From Williopsis jadinii (lineage: Eukaryota), in assembly GCA_024346625.1 (NCBI GenBank), contig AP024666.1, positions 434,001 through 498,000 of the forward strand: 64,000 bases of DNA, read 5' to 3'. The notes beneath the pieces were generated by a model. That model was not told where the DNA came from. It did no database searches and saw nothing but the letters and a program-made list of their open reading frames with translations. This document shows, one piece after another, positions 31,918 to 42,531 of the stretch. Position 1 is the stretch's first letter. Each line of letters begins with the position of its first letter. Position numbers and translations under genes: made by a program.

Positions 31918-33705
31918 TCAGCTGAACCATTTGGCTTGACCAATGACGTACTCATCTGGATGGTATTCATTGATCTCCTTAGTGAAGTCGTCAACATTGT
32001 AGTCGATGAATGTCTCATACCATCCACGCTTACTCAAAAACTTCTTCTCAGGCATACCTTTAACTGGGAAGAAGTAGACAAGGGCACAATAGACACTGAA
32101 TGCAGTAATGTAACCACAGAAGAAAGACAAGTTGTACAGGTATGTTGCACCAACTGGGACATCGTTACCACAGGCACCAGCAAAACCAACAACATTTGGT
32201 AAAATACCACAAATGTATGCAACATAACCTCTCCAGTTGATACCCAGTTTGTTGTAAGTGTAATTCATGCTTTGGCTGTTTGAGTACAAGTGGAAAATGT
32301 TGATGTAACCCCTACGAACAGCACAGTAATCAGCGGCGACAACACCTGCGATGGAGGACAAGAACACGGAGTAAGCACTAAGATAAGTGGTAAAGTTTTT
32401 TGATGTAGTGAAGAAGTTCCATGGACAGACACAGAAGGCGATAGCGGCACAGAAGAAACCACCACGTCTAATGTTGACATATCTTGGAAGCAAAGCAGAA
32501 CCGTCCGTACCAGCGGACAAAGAGTTTGCAGAAATGTTCGTACCAACCTGGGCCAAAGCAAATGCAAAAGAGATGAAAAACACACCAGCACGATCTCCAG
32601 ATGTATAACTTTCAACATAACGTGTCAACAAATCCAATGGTGACCAGTAGGTCTCGCCATACATTGTTGTGGAGGCAGAAGATGCCAAAATACCGATCAG
32701 TGATGTGAGGGCAAAACAGATTGGAATGGCCAAGAACTGAGATAACGAAGAAGAGGATGGTCTCTTTGCCAAACGTGAGAAATCAGGAGCGTTAACAATC
32801 AAAGTAGCAAAGTTGGCCAAACAGTTCATTGTGGAGTTGATGAAAGCCCAAGCATGGTCGGAGCCATGTAAGCTGGTCTTTTGATCAACCACTGGACCAA
32901 TACCCCCAGCACGGACAATGGTCCAAACGAGGAAAGCAATACCAGCTGTAGAACAGGCATAAGCCTTCACGGTGAACAAGTGTCTCACCGTCTGAGGTCT
33001 GCAATAGATGAAAGGTAAAGAGCAGAAACAGAATAAAAAGTAACACAAAAATTGGAAAGTTGTAGTGCCAGAGCTTGCGATACCGTTTGGAATTCTGGTA
33101 TCCAAGTCAGCACCAAAGATAGCCTTGAGCATTAGGGCAACACACTGGCCACCAATCCAGGACTGGACTGAATACCAAATGATAGCCATGACGACTCTGT
33201 TAATGACAGGCCAGATGGAACCAAAAGTACCGAATGACGCTCTACAACTAACAGGGAAAGTAATGTGGTAGTGGGAGCCAACTCTTTGGGAGACAAACAA
33301 GAAAACTGCGACAAATCCATACCCTAACCAAACGGAGATCCAAGTCTCCCACCAGGAGAGACCAGCTTGCACACCGGTGGCTGCAATTTGCCATGTGTTA
33401 ACGTTGAACGCATCGGCAACCCAAAAGAACACATAGTTCCACCATCTCCAAGGTCTGTCATCTTCATCAAGAACAGGTTGTAAATCCTTGTTGACGAGGA
33501 ACTGCTCGCTCAGGGTGAGCTTGGAGTCCTTCTGCAAACTGATCTTGTACAAGAACTTGGAAATGAACCCGTCTGGCTCCGAAACTTCAGAAAAGGATCC
33601 AGTTCTTACTTTACCATCAACTTCGGAGTATTCAGCTGATGCTCTGTCCTCGAGGACATACTCCTCTGGGGCCTTCTTAATGTCTGAGAACGATGCCGAG
33701 GACAT
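31918..33705 (-). CDS. NCS1-family uracil/allantoin permease (Fur4/Dal4/Fui1-like), copy 2
   Basis: WVADAFNVNTWQIA, NAPDFSR and GTNISANSLSAGTD; GATAAG at 33888-33893 and a TATA-like run near 33781 upstream. Confidence 0.93.
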   Translation of the reverse strand: MSSASFSDIKKAPEEYVLEDRASAEYSEVDGKVRTGSFSEVSEPDGFISKFLYKISLQKDSKLTLSEQFLVNKDLQPVLDEDDRPWRWWNYVFFWVADAFNVNTWQIAATGVQAGLSWWETWISVWLGYGFVAVFLFVSQRVGSHYHITFPVSCRASFGTFGSIWPVINRVVMAIIWYSVQSWIGGQCVALMLKAIFGADLDTRIPNGIASSGTTTFQFLCYFLFCFCSLPFIYCRPQTVRHLFTVKAYACSTAGIAFLVWTIVRAGGIGPVVDQKTSLHGSDHAWAFINSTMNCLANFATLIVNAPDFSRLAKRPSSSSLSQFLAIPICFALTSLIGILASSASTTMYGETYWSPLDLLTRYVESYTSGDRAGVFFISFAFALAQVGTNISANSLSAGTDGSALLPRYVNIRRGGFFCAAIAFCVCPWNFFTTSKNFTTYLSAYSVFLSSIAGVVAADYCAVRRGYINIFHLYSNSQSMNYTYNKLGINWRGYVAYICGILPNVVGFAGACGNDVPVGATYLYNLSFFCGYITAFSVYCALVYFFPVKGMPEKKFLSKRGWYETFIDYNVDDFTKEINEYHPDEYVIGQAKWFS

Positions 33706-35422
33706 GGTTCTTATGTTTGTGTGTGTGCACTTGATGTATCACCATCACATGAGAAGCAAAAGATGGCGGAGATGAACGCTTATATATGTATCGTTTCCTA
33801 CGATTCCAACCTACAAATCAGAAGATAAAAGATGTTTGACGTATGCAATGTAATCGCTGCGTTTTTCAAGAGGTCTGAGGCACAACTGATAAGGAAACTT
33901 GGTACTTGTTCGTGTTGAGTAACAGGAAACCGTCCTGATCAGCGCAACACCCCAACGGACGGATTGGTCCGCCTGGTGGGAGAAAAAAAGAAAAGAGAAA
34001 AAAGAAAGAAAAAATCAGAGCATCTTAGACAAAGCACAAGATGCTGTAAGATGGAGATACCGTTCAGGACAAGGCTGTTTAGGCTATTGATTAAACACAT
34101 TGTATGGAATAGTTCTGCTTTGTTTGCAGGGTACGACGACTCTAAACTGATCGCAGCTCTGCTGGTGTTCATAACGTACGATTCACTATGGTCATGGGGA
34201 GTCCGAAGACCCAATTAAGCGTGTAGCGGGTGCTAGCTAGCCTGTACCAGGACAGTACTGACGATGTGTACTTCTCGCACCTGTGACATGAGGAAATCTA
34301 TCACTTCGTTTAGAGGTTGGTATACGCTACTCAATTGTCGCACCGTTGATGGCTCGATAGGTTCGCCCTTATTGCTCACCCGAACAGGTGACGGTTTGTT
34401 CATTGTACATAGACGCACTGTGTAGTAGTAGCGATGCTTCATCGCAGCACTCACCGGACTGATACGACACCATGGCTAGATCGCCGACATTGCACATCAG
34501 AAGTTGCAAAGCTCTGGAGAGAATTATTAGAGGCGACATTGTACTGGTAGAAGTACAGGATCATGATATAGGTACATACATGTACAGTCGTAAGTTAGAA
34601 CTTTCAAGTTCTATCGATGTTGCGATAGCGGTTGAACTTAACGTCTCGTGCGTTAGTTGATCCTCTCCAGTACCTGCCGGTTCACGTAGTTAAGGATCGA
34701 TAAACTTTCCAATGGCCCCCAATGCTCTCGGAATTTACCGTTGTAACGGGAATTTAGCGATGAGGGGCGATCTGTGCCTTGCGCGATTGTTGGCCTTGAA
34801 CAACCAATGAGAAACGGTAGCCGGTCCGAGACGTGATCCACACACACATCCAAGTTCCAAACATTCATAAATGAGGTTGCCATATGGGTTGTTTCCATGC
34901 TGGCGTGATCCTTTTCCCCAGAACTATACCTTCTGGAGAGTTGGGTATTCGACCCCAATCAGGTTTATCTTTTGGAATTGATGTTTTTTTAACCCAGCAT
35001 TGTTCATTGTCAATTGTACCCACTGGTTATAGCGTTATTTCCTCGTGTTCCCTTTTCGGAACACGATTAAATTGTTTGATAAGGCTAATCGCCGTAGGAG
35101 TTGAGCAATTGGATGGCCGGACTATGCTACAATTACATGTTACCTACATTTGGGAACTATATGCTTCCTAGTCTGAGCACTTAACTAAAAGTGCATGTGG
35201 CAACACATACTATGTTGAGGAAAGGTGAGCGGGCGTTATTCCGTGTCAGCGTGCCATATTTCAGCCTACGCTACGTGGTTCTAAGGCATAAGCATACGCT
35301 AAATCTTGACGCAACTAATTGACTTCATACACGTTGATAATACAATTCAGGAGCAAATGTTTATTGATGCGCTCTTGCCGCTGAGATCATTATCGATTGC
35401 CATCCGTAGTTCTTCAGTTTAG

Positions 35423-35548
35423 ATTAAAGTAGATGACATCGTTCTCAGCGCCAAGTCTGGGGTGGTCTGAACGATTCAAGAGTATCATAAACGAAATTCA
35501 AAGAAATTGGTTCACTGGAAAGAACATTACCTCATAATTGGTGCTGTG
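35423..35548 (+). mobile_element. Possible gypsy/Ginger integrase GPY/F-domain relic
   Basis: IKVDDIVL...KRNSKKLVHWKEHYLIIGAV resembles FKVGDxVL...SKKLxPxWxGPYxI; in-frame stops present. Confidence 0.4.
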
Positions 35549-36357
35549 TGTATATATATCGAGACTGGTAATTCCCGGATCTCTTGCATTTAGTCATGAG
35601 TCTCCGAAGGTAAGGCATATTTTACAATTTATCACGCCAGGTATAACTTCTTTATCGGCCTTTCAGAGCACAACACAGTCATCAGATATTATCCGCTCTG
35701 ATACGGATATGGCTATCTTATCGACCATATATCCTATTGGCACTCATGTGAAATAGGATGGATGTAACAATACACACAATTATACTTGATCGTCATAAAA
35801 GCCCTGACTCGTTTTGACTCTAATTTATACAATCAAAAGTAAGTCTACGCTGTGTATCCCCCGTAGAAAGTTCGGCGGCGTGTTCCTCGTTTACAAGACG
35901 CTCAAACCCCCTTCACTTGGAAGTGATGCTGTGGCTCTTTTAATCTGTAAGAGTATTTTCTATCCGTGAGGATCATAATTAGAAAGAAAAGGTATTCAGC
36001 ACCTTATCTTCGGCAGTAACGGTTCTTCCCTTGCAAGTCCCAATGAGCACCCGGAGTGCAACGCCAGGTTGCTGGTGATTTTGATAATAGACATCAATTT
36101 ATCATGATAGAATAAATCCCTAATTTCTTGGAACTTAACCTTGACCTCCTTCATACAACTAATAACTTAGAGGAAATAATTGCTTGCAACAATACCACTT
36201 GTAACTGCTTCAATAGTATTACGAGAATATATTCCTCTGTAATTTCCACATTGCTGATTTTGCAAAGGTAAAACATTAATAACAGAGCATACCTAAATCA
36301 TGTGAGTCCAAATAGTGTGGTACATATACTGAACATTTTTTTTGTCATCAACTTACA

Positions 36358-37300
36358 ATGTCTCTAACAACACTCAGTGAATCAAACCCGCGACTCAGTG
36401 AAGGTCTATTTAAAGCCATGTATTACCTCATTCTAGGCCAATGCTCAAATTAACCAGTTCAGGATACGGGGGTGAAGCTCAACCAGTCGATAAGCAAAAA
36501 GATCTTCTTGCAAGCTTGAAGCAAACACCCTAATTGAGTCATTTCAAAACATCTTGTTGTTTCTCAAAGGCAATAAGTTATTGAAGATTTACGAACCAGA
36601 ATAACAGGCTCTATTTAAAGCCAAAGAGCATTTGACAATGAAATAGACCACATTATTAGACCTGATACATTAGATGGTATCTTGAACTACAATGGTAGAC
36701 TAGTTGATTTAAAGTCTCTGGACTTCCAAAAAAAGATTGTCGATGGGTTACTAGCCAACTTTAAACAATCTTCAAGTATAGAATGGTAAAGTTCACCTTG
36801 TACAGCCCTTGATGATTTTACGGCTCCTGAAAGTTGGTCTTGAAATAGATTAAACTATTGGTCTTGAAATAGATTAAACGATTCTTCTTGGTCCGCCTTG
36901 AGATGTACACAGGCAAACTCTTTGAGAAGTTATTCAATAGGCCAGAATCTGACGGAAAGAATGTTTCTACTCAAGTCTCGAGAACTTTCTACATAAGCTG
37001 AACTTACACATTTCAGGCGGAAAGAAAACTTGGTAAATTCATTCTGGATGGAAATATATGGCTTCTAAACATCATCAAACATTTGAGACAGTTGGAATCA
37101 CTTTCCGAGAAATACAAAGAGATACATTTTGACTTTGAAGGTACTATAAACTATTAAATGGTTTTTGTTGCAAGAGGAAGCTGGTGTTTTCCCAAGACCC
37201 ATACTAAAAACACCTCTAAACTATTATAGGTTATCTCTTGTGCCATCCTATCAGGAAACAGAACTTCCTTTATGAATTGGAACAGATAGACAAGAGATTA
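36358..37300 (+). pseudogene. Heavily degraded coding-like sequence of unknown family
   Basis: Protein-like stretches (DGILNYNGRLVDLKSLDFQKKIVDGLL; IIKHLRQLESLSEKYKEIHFDFEG) broken by many stops and frameshifts. Confidence 0.3.
36834..36879 (+). repeat. Perfect 22-bp direct duplication TTGGTCTTGAAATAGATTAAAC (24-bp period)
   Basis: Copies at 36834-36855 and 36858-36879. Confidence 0.95.
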
Positions 37301-38265
37301 TTTAAAACCACTGAAATGTAAATTTGGACAGTATTCTTAATCGTGATACTTGTTTGATTACTGTTTTATCATTATAAGTAATGCCTCATTCAGTAAAATA
37401 GTTGTGTTAGATCATTCTATTGTCCTACTAGTTTCGTTATATTTGCCTATAACAGAAAGTTGTCAGCGTTAACAGCACCTACTTGACATTCTATATTAGG
37501 AAAGGGAATGAAATAGAATACAATGGTAAAGTACACTATATGCAAGCTCAAATGAGTTCGTTTGTATTGGATGTCTACAAAACCAATTGCTATGAAGGCT
37601 ACATTATCTTCGTGTTAATAGCGAACTTTCGAGTCTTTGTACGTCAAGCACTGCCTTGTGATGTAGTCACTGCCCGCAAGTTAGAGTTGACTGGCAACTT
37701 TCAGAATTGGCAAGGTTACACCAAAAAATTGGAAAATTGACCAAAATTGAAAATTTTGCCTTGCGTCTGGCCTGCAAACTAACGCGGGAGGTTTTCAAAA
37801 AACGCACAAGCTCCTGCAAGAGCTTTTCAAAAATTGGAAAGCTCTTGCGTATTTTGTTTCTCTTTTGTGCCTCGTTGCTGTGGATATCATGTACAAAAGA
37901 AATCAGAAGGAGTGGAAAAAAGGGCTCTCTTCAAAAATTTACACGTCTGATCCCACTTTCGATACTACTAGTAGTAAACGTCAAGTAGAATCAGGATGCC
38001 TCAACATCCGCCTAATTGGATGTATAATGGGGATTTCTATGGTGTCTGACTATATGGGGTGATGGTCGGAAATGCTGGGACTGAATGCTGAAGCTCAGAG
38101 TTTAAAGGTTAGTCCATGGCGGTTCCAGAGGCTTCATCACCAAGAGACGCGCTACTTGTTTTGCATCAAGGTGTCACTACTCCTCCAAGGATTGGGCATA
38201 TCGGTATGACATCACAGAGTACTTCAGACCAAGCAGAAACCTCGATCACTAATAGTGATAGAAAA

Positions 38266-39212
38266 ATGGACCCCAAACTTACGAGGGAAGAACAAAAAGA
38301 GGCCGTACAAGAACTGTTGAATATCCATATTGACTTTCTCGTCGGTAATGAACGATCTGAAGCATGGAAACAGTTAGGAGGGCTACCGGAATACCAGTTG
38401 CCAGGCTTAAGAAGTTGAAGAATCAAGCTTACGACAGAGGTGAGAGAATTCATGAGAGAATTCAGACTGCTAAACGCACAAAAACAGGTCCAACGACAGC
38501 CACCGTGTGTGATGATGAAGAGTTTTATCTCCAGTTTTACTACGATTGTCGTATTTCGAGCATAGCCAGCAAGCATAAGGTTTGACTTCTCAAAATTTTG
38601 AGCCAATGCTGCAACGATGAATTTCACTTGTATCATGCTAGAAGAAATCAATACATGAGAGAACGGGTGATCGGAAGCCTTTCAGAACTGAACGCTCTAC
38701 GAGAGTTAGATGCAGATGTTGTTCTTTTCAGGGTCTTGAGCAAACCCTTTGACTGTGATGATATCGGCTTGAACGGTGACAGGGAGCTGAAACGACTTCT
38801 GGAGGAAAAGAGAAAGAAGTATAAGAAGACTATTTTTGACCCTCTCTACAGGCAGAAAAAGCAACAACTTAAAAAGGCAATAATGATGCGTGAGAATTCA
38901 ATCAAGGAGAAAAAAGAATATAAAGCTACTCTTGTCAAAGCCATCAATGAAAATCTTGCCTTTATGTCTAACACAGTATTAAGAGATAGCATCGATGAAA
39001 CTATGCGTCTGATTGCCGTACAAGAAGCAAAGGCTGAATTGGTGAAGAAAAGCGTGATGCAAACATTAGAGTCAGAGGAAGATATAGATTCTTTTGAAGA
39101 GTTTGTATCTGAAGAATCTGATATCCCAGCTGATTAGTTTGACGATGACGAATCAGAGAACCATGGTTCTGAGGGGAATGTGTCTAGTGAGAGTTCTACA
39201 GAGGAGGACTGA
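38266..39212 (+). pseudogene. Disrupted ~310-codon gene with a Myb/SANT-like N-terminus, coiled coil and acidic tail; probable PIF/Harbinger accessory gene
   Basis: MDPKLTREEQ...SEAW(frameshift)ETVRRATGIPVARLKKLKNQ. The ORFs starting at 38364 and 38598 share one frame, broken by TGA (38583) and TAG (39135). Confidence 0.55.
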
Positions 39213-39354
39213 ATCAATACAGAAGGACATTGCTAGACCACAACTTTTTTTGTATCTGTTTAAATATATATCTTTAGTATTTTAGTATTCGTTATTGGTC
39301 ATAAAAAACACCTTGAATGTTTCAACCACGCATGGCATAATTGTAGTTGAGGTT

Positions 39355-39504
39355 TTACTTCAAATTGATATACTCCTCTAATGTAAGCCTTGGTCTGACT
39401 TCAAAATAACGGGAAGTTTGGTTGTGTGGAACGAGATTCTGACAATTTGTAAGAAAACAGCTAATAGAGCAAATTTGGTTCACCCTTCCTCTCACTAATG
39501 CTTT
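39355..39504 (-). mobile_element. C-terminus of a PIF/Harbinger-like (DDE_Tnp_4) transposase
   Basis: KALVRGRVNQICSISCFLTNCQNLVPHNQTSRYFEVRPRLTLEEYINLK* resembles the family tail VxxxYxVxxLLTNCxxCxxxxQxSxYFxxxPPTLEEYL. Confidence 0.65.
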
Positions 39505-39529
39505 GTCATCAGTATACTGATTCCGCTAT

Positions 39530-40720
39530 TGTCCAGGGATAAGGGTCACTGATCATTCATTGCAAATTCTCAGTTTGCTTAATCTTTTGTTTGACGATAT
39601 AGAGTCTTTTTCTTTACCAATACTGTATTTGTTAGAGTTGTTTTGAATAGAACGAAGAACCTGTGGCTTTAAAGCATGATGATAGTAGGCTTTGTCCCCC
39701 CCCAATACGTGAAAATAGCTTCCCTTTGGAGAGGTTGATCCATCCTATGACGTGTCTGCTAAAATCTTTTTCTGTTTCTCGTCAGTGGTTTCAAGAGAGT
39801 AATGTTGATGATCATTCACTGAGCTGAAGTTGTTGTTGTGATTTTTTGGTTGACCAGAGATGCATCAGCATGCGCTTTTTGTTTACATTTTCTGAAAGAC
39901 AAGAGAATTTCTAGATTTCAGCACAAAAAAGTTGTAACTGTCTCTGCAAACTTGAAACAGGAAGTCTATCATAACGTCTAAATCTACAGCTTCGAACTCT
40001 TCATGTATATGCATTTAATTTCCACCAATAAAGAAATGAGTGAAAAATGTTCATCAAAGTGGAATGGACCGATTCACATGTATCATCTCGCAATACTCAG
40101 GGTTTATTATTTCTTCACCCGGATCTTTCGAAGTTTATGAGTTTAAAGTCTTCCTTTCCCCCATATAAAATTTTTTGACAATAACACCAAGTAAGACAAC
40201 GGAAGAATATTGACATGTGAAAAATATCTAGCTATAACTTCATGTATACAGTTAGTGCCACTGCAGTCAATTCACAAGAACAAATGGGGCTTATCTTTGA
40301 CATAGATGTAATTAAAAACTACTCAGTGTCACAAGGAAGCTTGCAAGCCCAAATTTTGATGTTGTTGTGGACTTTATTGGCCAATTTGTCATTGAGAAAA
40401 TGCTCAGATCAACAGAGGATAGCTTGAAAGTCGATGATTCTATTTCCCTCGTACGCTCTGAGGTGTATATCGATAACAATCGAGTTTATCACCGACAGCT
40501 ATCAAATTTAATACAACCTGACAAATCGAATGTTGAAAGGTTTTGCAGTCTTGTAACACCCACCGATAAAGATCATTCTTATTTGAGCCTGATTGAACTT
40601 GCTGGTTGTACATGTCAGGGTGATTGTCATACAAAGAAATGTCCTTGCAAAAGTGTTGATGCGCTGTGGGCAGTGTAGTCCAGGAAACATGAAGGCACAA
40701 ATCACACACCTGACTAATGC
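39530..40720 (+). mobile_element. Degenerate Ginger2/KRBA2(SCAND3)-type integrase-transposase
   Basis: Colinear remnants: PGIRVT; PPIRENSFPLERL; GFKRV..VDDH; D..REF; EMSEKCSSKW; SPYKIF; EKMLRS..LKVDDSISL; SLIELAGCTCQGDCHTKKCPCK (Cys-rich tail). Confidence 0.6.
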
Positions 40721-41650
40721 AAGTTGAACCTCGGTAAACAATATATCAGCTGGTGAAACAGCTTCAGAAAAGACTGGAAAAGTAATAATACTAGAGTAGA
40801 GAGCATTGTTTGTGAAGAAACCCAATGATGTTTACAGCATTGTTGATCAAAAGATTGGTGATCTTAAAACATCTCGTGAAAAAAGAGTTTCTGATTGGAA
40901 TAATAGTTCTAAGTTATTGTATACATGTTGTTAATTATCTATTTCTCAACCAAATTCTGGTATAATTCTCTAAATATTACGCAGTTATACCCGACAGACC
41001 ACCTAGCCTGTAGCCTAGCTGTTGTGACACACGTCACTACAAATGTGGACATTTGACGCTCCTTTGAGTGGGGGTTTGAACCGATTACCTTTTAGCTATT
41101 CTCAATTTATCATAACGTTCTCAAACGTATGTCTTTAGCTATATATATCAAAGAGTAATCATATATTATAGTTGAAAATACAATATCCAATTAAGAGCTT
41201 TCCTAATGAATAACCAAGTCCATTTTTTGATATAATCGAAAAAGATCTCAATTCTAAAAAATCATACTAAAATTCCTCAAAAAAAATAAATCTTCAAGAT
41301 CTCACAATTTAATCGTGCTAAGCAATCACTTCAAATACCTCTTGTTATAAACAGTTAAGCTATGAAAGCATAGAACGAATAGGATATCTCTTCCTCCATA
41401 TTAAATGGCTATATATAGCAGTGCCCGAACCAACCATTCGCATGTTAAACCACCTCACAGGAGAACATCCGGACATTACGAAAAATTTACCTTTACCATT
41501 TTTCAGCCAATTGCAAGGTTGCATTTTGAAATTGTCATTCGCGGGAAAGGCAGTGGGCAAAAGTTAAAGACAGTAAAAAAACACACACACACACAAAAGT
41601 ATAGGTAAAGGACTTGGTTGGAAAGACTATCAACGACAGCTCAGTACAAC

Positions 41651-41887
41651 ATGGTTAATTATATCGCTAAGCCTATTTTGAAGGCCATCCCACACTTCGG
41701 TAAGATCAACTCCCAGAACTTTTCAAAGTACGCTCCAAACCTTGCCATCTGGGGAACGACTTCTGTCTTCATCATCTTCACTTTCACTGAAGGTATTCCA
41801 ATCATGCAAACCACTTTCTTCCAGAAGTTCCCAATTCTTGGCCAACACTGGATTCACAACCCAGATCCACAAGATTTGCCAAACTAA
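41651..41887 (+). CDS. QCR10: Cytochrome bc1 complex subunit 10
   Basis: ATG at 41651; PHFG...YAPNLAIWG...FTEGIP..QTTFFQKFPILGQHW...PQDLPN. Confidence 0.92.
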   Translation: MVNYIAKPILKAIPHFGKINSQNFSKYAPNLAIWGTTSVFIIFTFTEGIPIMQTTFFQKFPILGQHWIHNPDPQDLPN

Positions 41888-42531
41888 GCGTATTGGCGGT
41901 TAGTTACAACAAACAATACACAGCTGTCATTTCTTTGGTCACTTCTCGGAGGACACTGGTGCCTTGCTTATCCTTTGTTCTGGGACAGATACATCAGATA
42001 CATGTTATATTCAAGGTGGTTTGTACCAATTCAAGAGGATTCTTTCTGTTTATACTTCAAATGACCAATATTCATGATTATTATAAATTTGAAAGAGCGT
42101 AGATGTAGTTGGTATTCAATATCACACAAGAGAGGATGAAGCTTGAGAACATGGCACACTGAAGTACGTTTGTATAATTGCACAGGTATATGATAGGAGG
42201 TATAAGTATGTGCGGTTTAATCTAGTGATGTAAATACAGCACCACATCGTAGCTCGAACATGCTCTTCATCTAGTTCGACTACAACTTGACCAAATAATT
42301 GGATGCATTGATTAATGATTTGCTGTAATGATTCGTTTTAATGATTCTGCATTATGATCATCCACAGAATATACCGTACAAAACAACAGTTTCATAAATG
42401 AAAGCTCTATCCTTCAGTTATTCAATGGTATGATATACTGTTTATGAGGTGTTCCCTTTAACGTTGTATTTCCTTCCCATTTCCGGACAACTTATTCTCC
42501 CCATCTTATCATCTTTCGACCTCTCAGCAGC

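Noticed and set aside
35940..36010. Minus-strand IPFLSNYDPHG*KILL, reminiscent of the Spo11/TOPRIM DxDPxG motif
   Set aside because: A single short motif with the first Asp missing and no upstream TGKG motif; probably chance.
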